This document shows, piece by piece, positions 61,749 through 64,000 of a stretch of DNA of 64,000 nt. The position numbers and the translations under genes were made by a program. A model generated the notes under the pieces. The model searched no databases. It was not told the origin of the DNA and saw only the letters and a program-made list of their open reading frames with translations. Origin of the DNA: an uncultured Candidatus Rokubacteria bacterium (GTDB lineage Bacteria; Methylomirabilota; Methylomirabilia; Rokubacteriales; CSP1-6); NCBI GenBank assembly GCA_963758635.1, contig CAVWWD010000006.1, positions 32,001 through 96,000 of the forward strand. The letters are read 5' to 3'. How positions within the stretch are numbered: position 1 is the first letter of the stretch; every line of letters starts with the position of its first letter.

Positions 61749-62777
61749 GTGAGGGCGCGCCGAACGGGACGATTCGTCGGACTGCTGGTGATCGGCTTGG
61801 TCGTCGCCGTCGCGACGGCCTGGAGCGCCGGTGTCGTCTTCTTCGCCGGTCCGGGCAGTCCGCGGGCTCGCGCGGCGCTGGCCGCGACCGTGGGCGTCAT
61901 CGGCCTCGCCGTCCTCGTGTCGCTATTCGTCCGCCGCTGGCGCTGGGCGGCCGTGGTGGGTTTCGCGGGGGCGCTGGCGCTGGTCACCGGGTGGTGGTCG
62001 ACGATCCGACCCTCCAACGACCGCGTGTGGCAGCCCGAGGTGGCCGTGCTCTCCTCGGCGACGATCGACGGCGACCTGGTCACCGTCCACAACATCCGGA
62101 ACTTCGACTACCGGTCCGAGAACGACTTCACGCCGCGCTACTACGACCGGACGTTCGACCTTCGCCGGCTCGACGAGGTCGACCTTGTCGCCGTGTACTG
62201 GATGGGGCCGGCCATCGCCCACGTGTTCTTGACGTTCGGGTTCGGCGCCGACTACCTCGCCATCTCCATCGAGGCGCGCAAGGAGCGGGGCGAGGGCTAC
62301 TCGACCCTCGGGGGCTTCTTCCGGCAGTACGAGCTCGTCTACATCGTGGCGGACGAGCGCGACGTGATCCGCGTCCGAACGAACTATCGGAAGGATCCGC
62401 CCGAGGATGTCTATGTCTTCCGCACCCAGGGACCGATCGAGAATGGGCGCCGTGTCTTTCTGGAGTACATGCGCGCGATCAACGGCCTCCAGAAGCAGCC
62501 GGAGTTCTACAACACGCTGACGACCAACTGCACGAACGTGATCCTCGCGCACACCCAGGTGAATCCGGGTCACCTTCCGTTCTCGTGGAAGATCCTGCTG
62601 AGCGGCTACGCGCCCGAGTACGTGTACGAGTCCGGGCGGTTCGGTCGCGACCTCCCCTTCGACGAGCTCAAGAAGCGGTCGCACGTCAACGCCGCCGCCC
62701 GCGCTGCCGACCACGCGCCAGACTTTTCTCAGCGCATCCGAGCGGGGCTGCCGAGTCGCCCCACCGCAGTGCGATAG
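61749..62777 (+). CDS. DUF4105 domain membrane protein
   Basis: PSNDRVWQPE, IRNFDY, AHVFLTFGF, YNTLTTNCT. Confidence 0.85.
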   Translation: MRARRTGRFVGLLVIGLVVAVATAWSAGVVFFAGPGSPRARAALAATVGVIGLAVLVSLFVRRWRWAAVVGFAGALALVTGWWSTIRPSNDRVWQPEVAVLSSATIDGDLVTVHNIRNFDYRSENDFTPRYYDRTFDLRRLDEVDLVAVYWMGPAIAHVFLTFGFGADYLAISIEARKERGEGYSTLGGFFRQYELVYIVADERDVIRVRTNYRKDPPEDVYVFRTQGPIENGRRVFLEYMRAINGLQKQPEFYNTLTTNCTNVILAHTQVNPGHLPFSWKILLSGYAPEYVYESGRFGRDLPFDELKKRSHVNAAARAADHAPDFSQRIRAGLPSRPTAVR

Positions 62778-62840
62778 GCCCTCTTGGAGCGCGGTTCTGA
62801 TGGTTGGCGCGGTGCACCCACGAGCTCACGAGGCCACCCC

Positions 62841-64000
62841 ATGAAGACGACACGACACCTGCGCATCGTCGTTCTCGCCGCATTCGGCATGGCCCTGGCC
62901 GCCTGCGCGGGCACGGTGAGCGCCGCGCGCGTCGATGCGAAGGTCGTCCAGGCCGACCTCGCCCGGAGCGCCGTCACGACGGGTGAGCCGAGCTGGGAGA
63001 CGCGCAACGTGCTCTACGAGCAGGGGCTCTTCGATGCCTTCGGGGCGCGCCCGGAGGAGGCCCTGGCCGAGCTGCACGGGACCATGCGGCGCACAGGTGG
63101 CGATCCCGACCTGCTCTTCGCCCTCGCCGAGCTGGCCTTCCTCCACGGGCAGGCCGCCGCCAGGCCCGAGTACAAGCTCGCCGCCGCCATCTACGCCTAC
63201 GCGTTCCTGTTCCCCGAAGGCGCAGGGGAAGGGCCAGGGCGCTTCGACCCGCGCCTGCGGCTCGCGGCGGACCTGTACAACTGGGCGCTCGCGGGAGGGC
63301 TTGCGTCGGAGGACGGCGCGGAGTTCGCGCCGCGCGGGGGGGCGTTCACGCTGCCGTTCGGGCCCATGGAGGTGGCCTTCGACCGCGCCGCCCTGCGGGC
63401 GGGAAACCGGGAGCTGTATGGGTTTATTCCGATCGCGGAGCTGAAGGTAGAAGGCATGGCGATGCGGTACCGCTGGCCCGGCCTCGGGACCCCGCTCGCC
63501 GCGTCGACCCGGCTCATCGATCCCTCCAGGCCGGGCGACCTCGTGGCGCCGCGGCTGAAGGTTTCGGCGACCGCCCTCCTCCGCATCCCCGAGGCTCGCC
63601 AGGCCCTCGTGCAGGGACGGCCGCTCACGGCCGCGCTCGAGCTCCACCTGGCCTGGGACGCGGAGTCGGTCTCGATCGCCGGCGAGCGGGTGCCGCTCGA
63701 GAGCGAGCCGACGGCCGCCCTGGCCTACACCTTCACTGGCATACCGATCTTCCAGATCGAGACGTTCGGGTTCCTGGGTCGGCTCGCCGGCTATGAGCGG
63801 CCGCCGCTGGTTTCCACGACCCCGTACAAGCCCGGGCTCATCCCGGTGGTCTTCGTGCACGGCACGCAGTCGAGCGTGGTCCGTTGGGCCGAGATGTTCA
63901 ACCGTCTCCTGGCCGACCCCGAGATCCGGGCCCGCTATCAGTTCTGGTTCTTTCAGTACGAGTCCGGCGCCCCCGTCGCGCTGTCGGCGATGCTGCTGCG
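62841..64000 (+). CDS. Lipoprotein alpha/beta hydrolase (truncated by the window edge)
   Basis: Hand translation: lipobox LAAC ... PYKPGLIPVVFVHGT...YQFWFFQY; absent from the ORF track. Confidence 0.85.
   Translation, partial: MKTTRHLRIVVLAAFGMALAACAGTVSAARVDAKVVQADLARSAVTTGEPSWETRNVLYEQGLFDAFGARPEEALAELHGTMRRTGGDPDLLFALAELAFLHGQAAARPEYKLAAAIYAYAFLFPEGAGEGPGRFDPRLRLAADLYNWALAGGLASEDGAEFAPRGGAFTLPFGPMEVAFDRAALRAGNRELYGFIPIAELKVEGMAMRYRWPGLGTPLAASTRLIDPSRPGDLVAPRLKVSATALLRIPEARQALVQGRPLTAALELHLAWDAESVSIAGERVPLESEPTAALAYTFTGIPIFQIETFGFLGRLAGYERPPLVSTTPYKPGLIPVVFVHGTQSSVVRWAEMFNRLLADPEIRARYQFWFFQYESGAPVALSAMLL

Overview
High-GC bacterial chromosomal segment. Gene content and intergenic REP-like hairpins are reminiscent of Candidatus Rokubacteria/Methylomirabilota (inference only). 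About 15 genes carry indel frameshifts, densest in cydAB, most likely long-read consensus errors. No rRNA, tRNA, CRISPR array or intact transposase was seen. Left to right: 5' part of a large unknown alpha-helical protein; SGNH hydrolase and a GT2-deacetylase fusion; CoA-transferase; an orphan DUF4123 (T6SS adaptor) gene coupled to a PFCEEC-tail protein; double PaaI thioesterase; class V aminotransferase; an unknown protein with a beta-rich C-terminus; PPOX, HicA-like and RibD-like genes; SSADH; GT4; a GAF kinase with three response regulators; a family-5 ABC transporter flanked by GH39 and GH31 and interrupted by an RHH/VapC module; LysE, murA (Cys->Asp), MFS; an unknown membrane protein coupled to cydAB; tkt-pgi-glk. 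The right third is a mosaic region with a MASE1 FixL-like kinase, four FixJ-like/REC regulators, Pal, MscS, YSC84, HtrA, DUF4105/alpha-beta hydrolase and several gene remnants. Its intergenic regions share a 16-bp imperfect palindrome (about YRGGACCAAGGTCYCA), a candidate regulon operator. All family calls come from motif recognition by eye; no database search was run.
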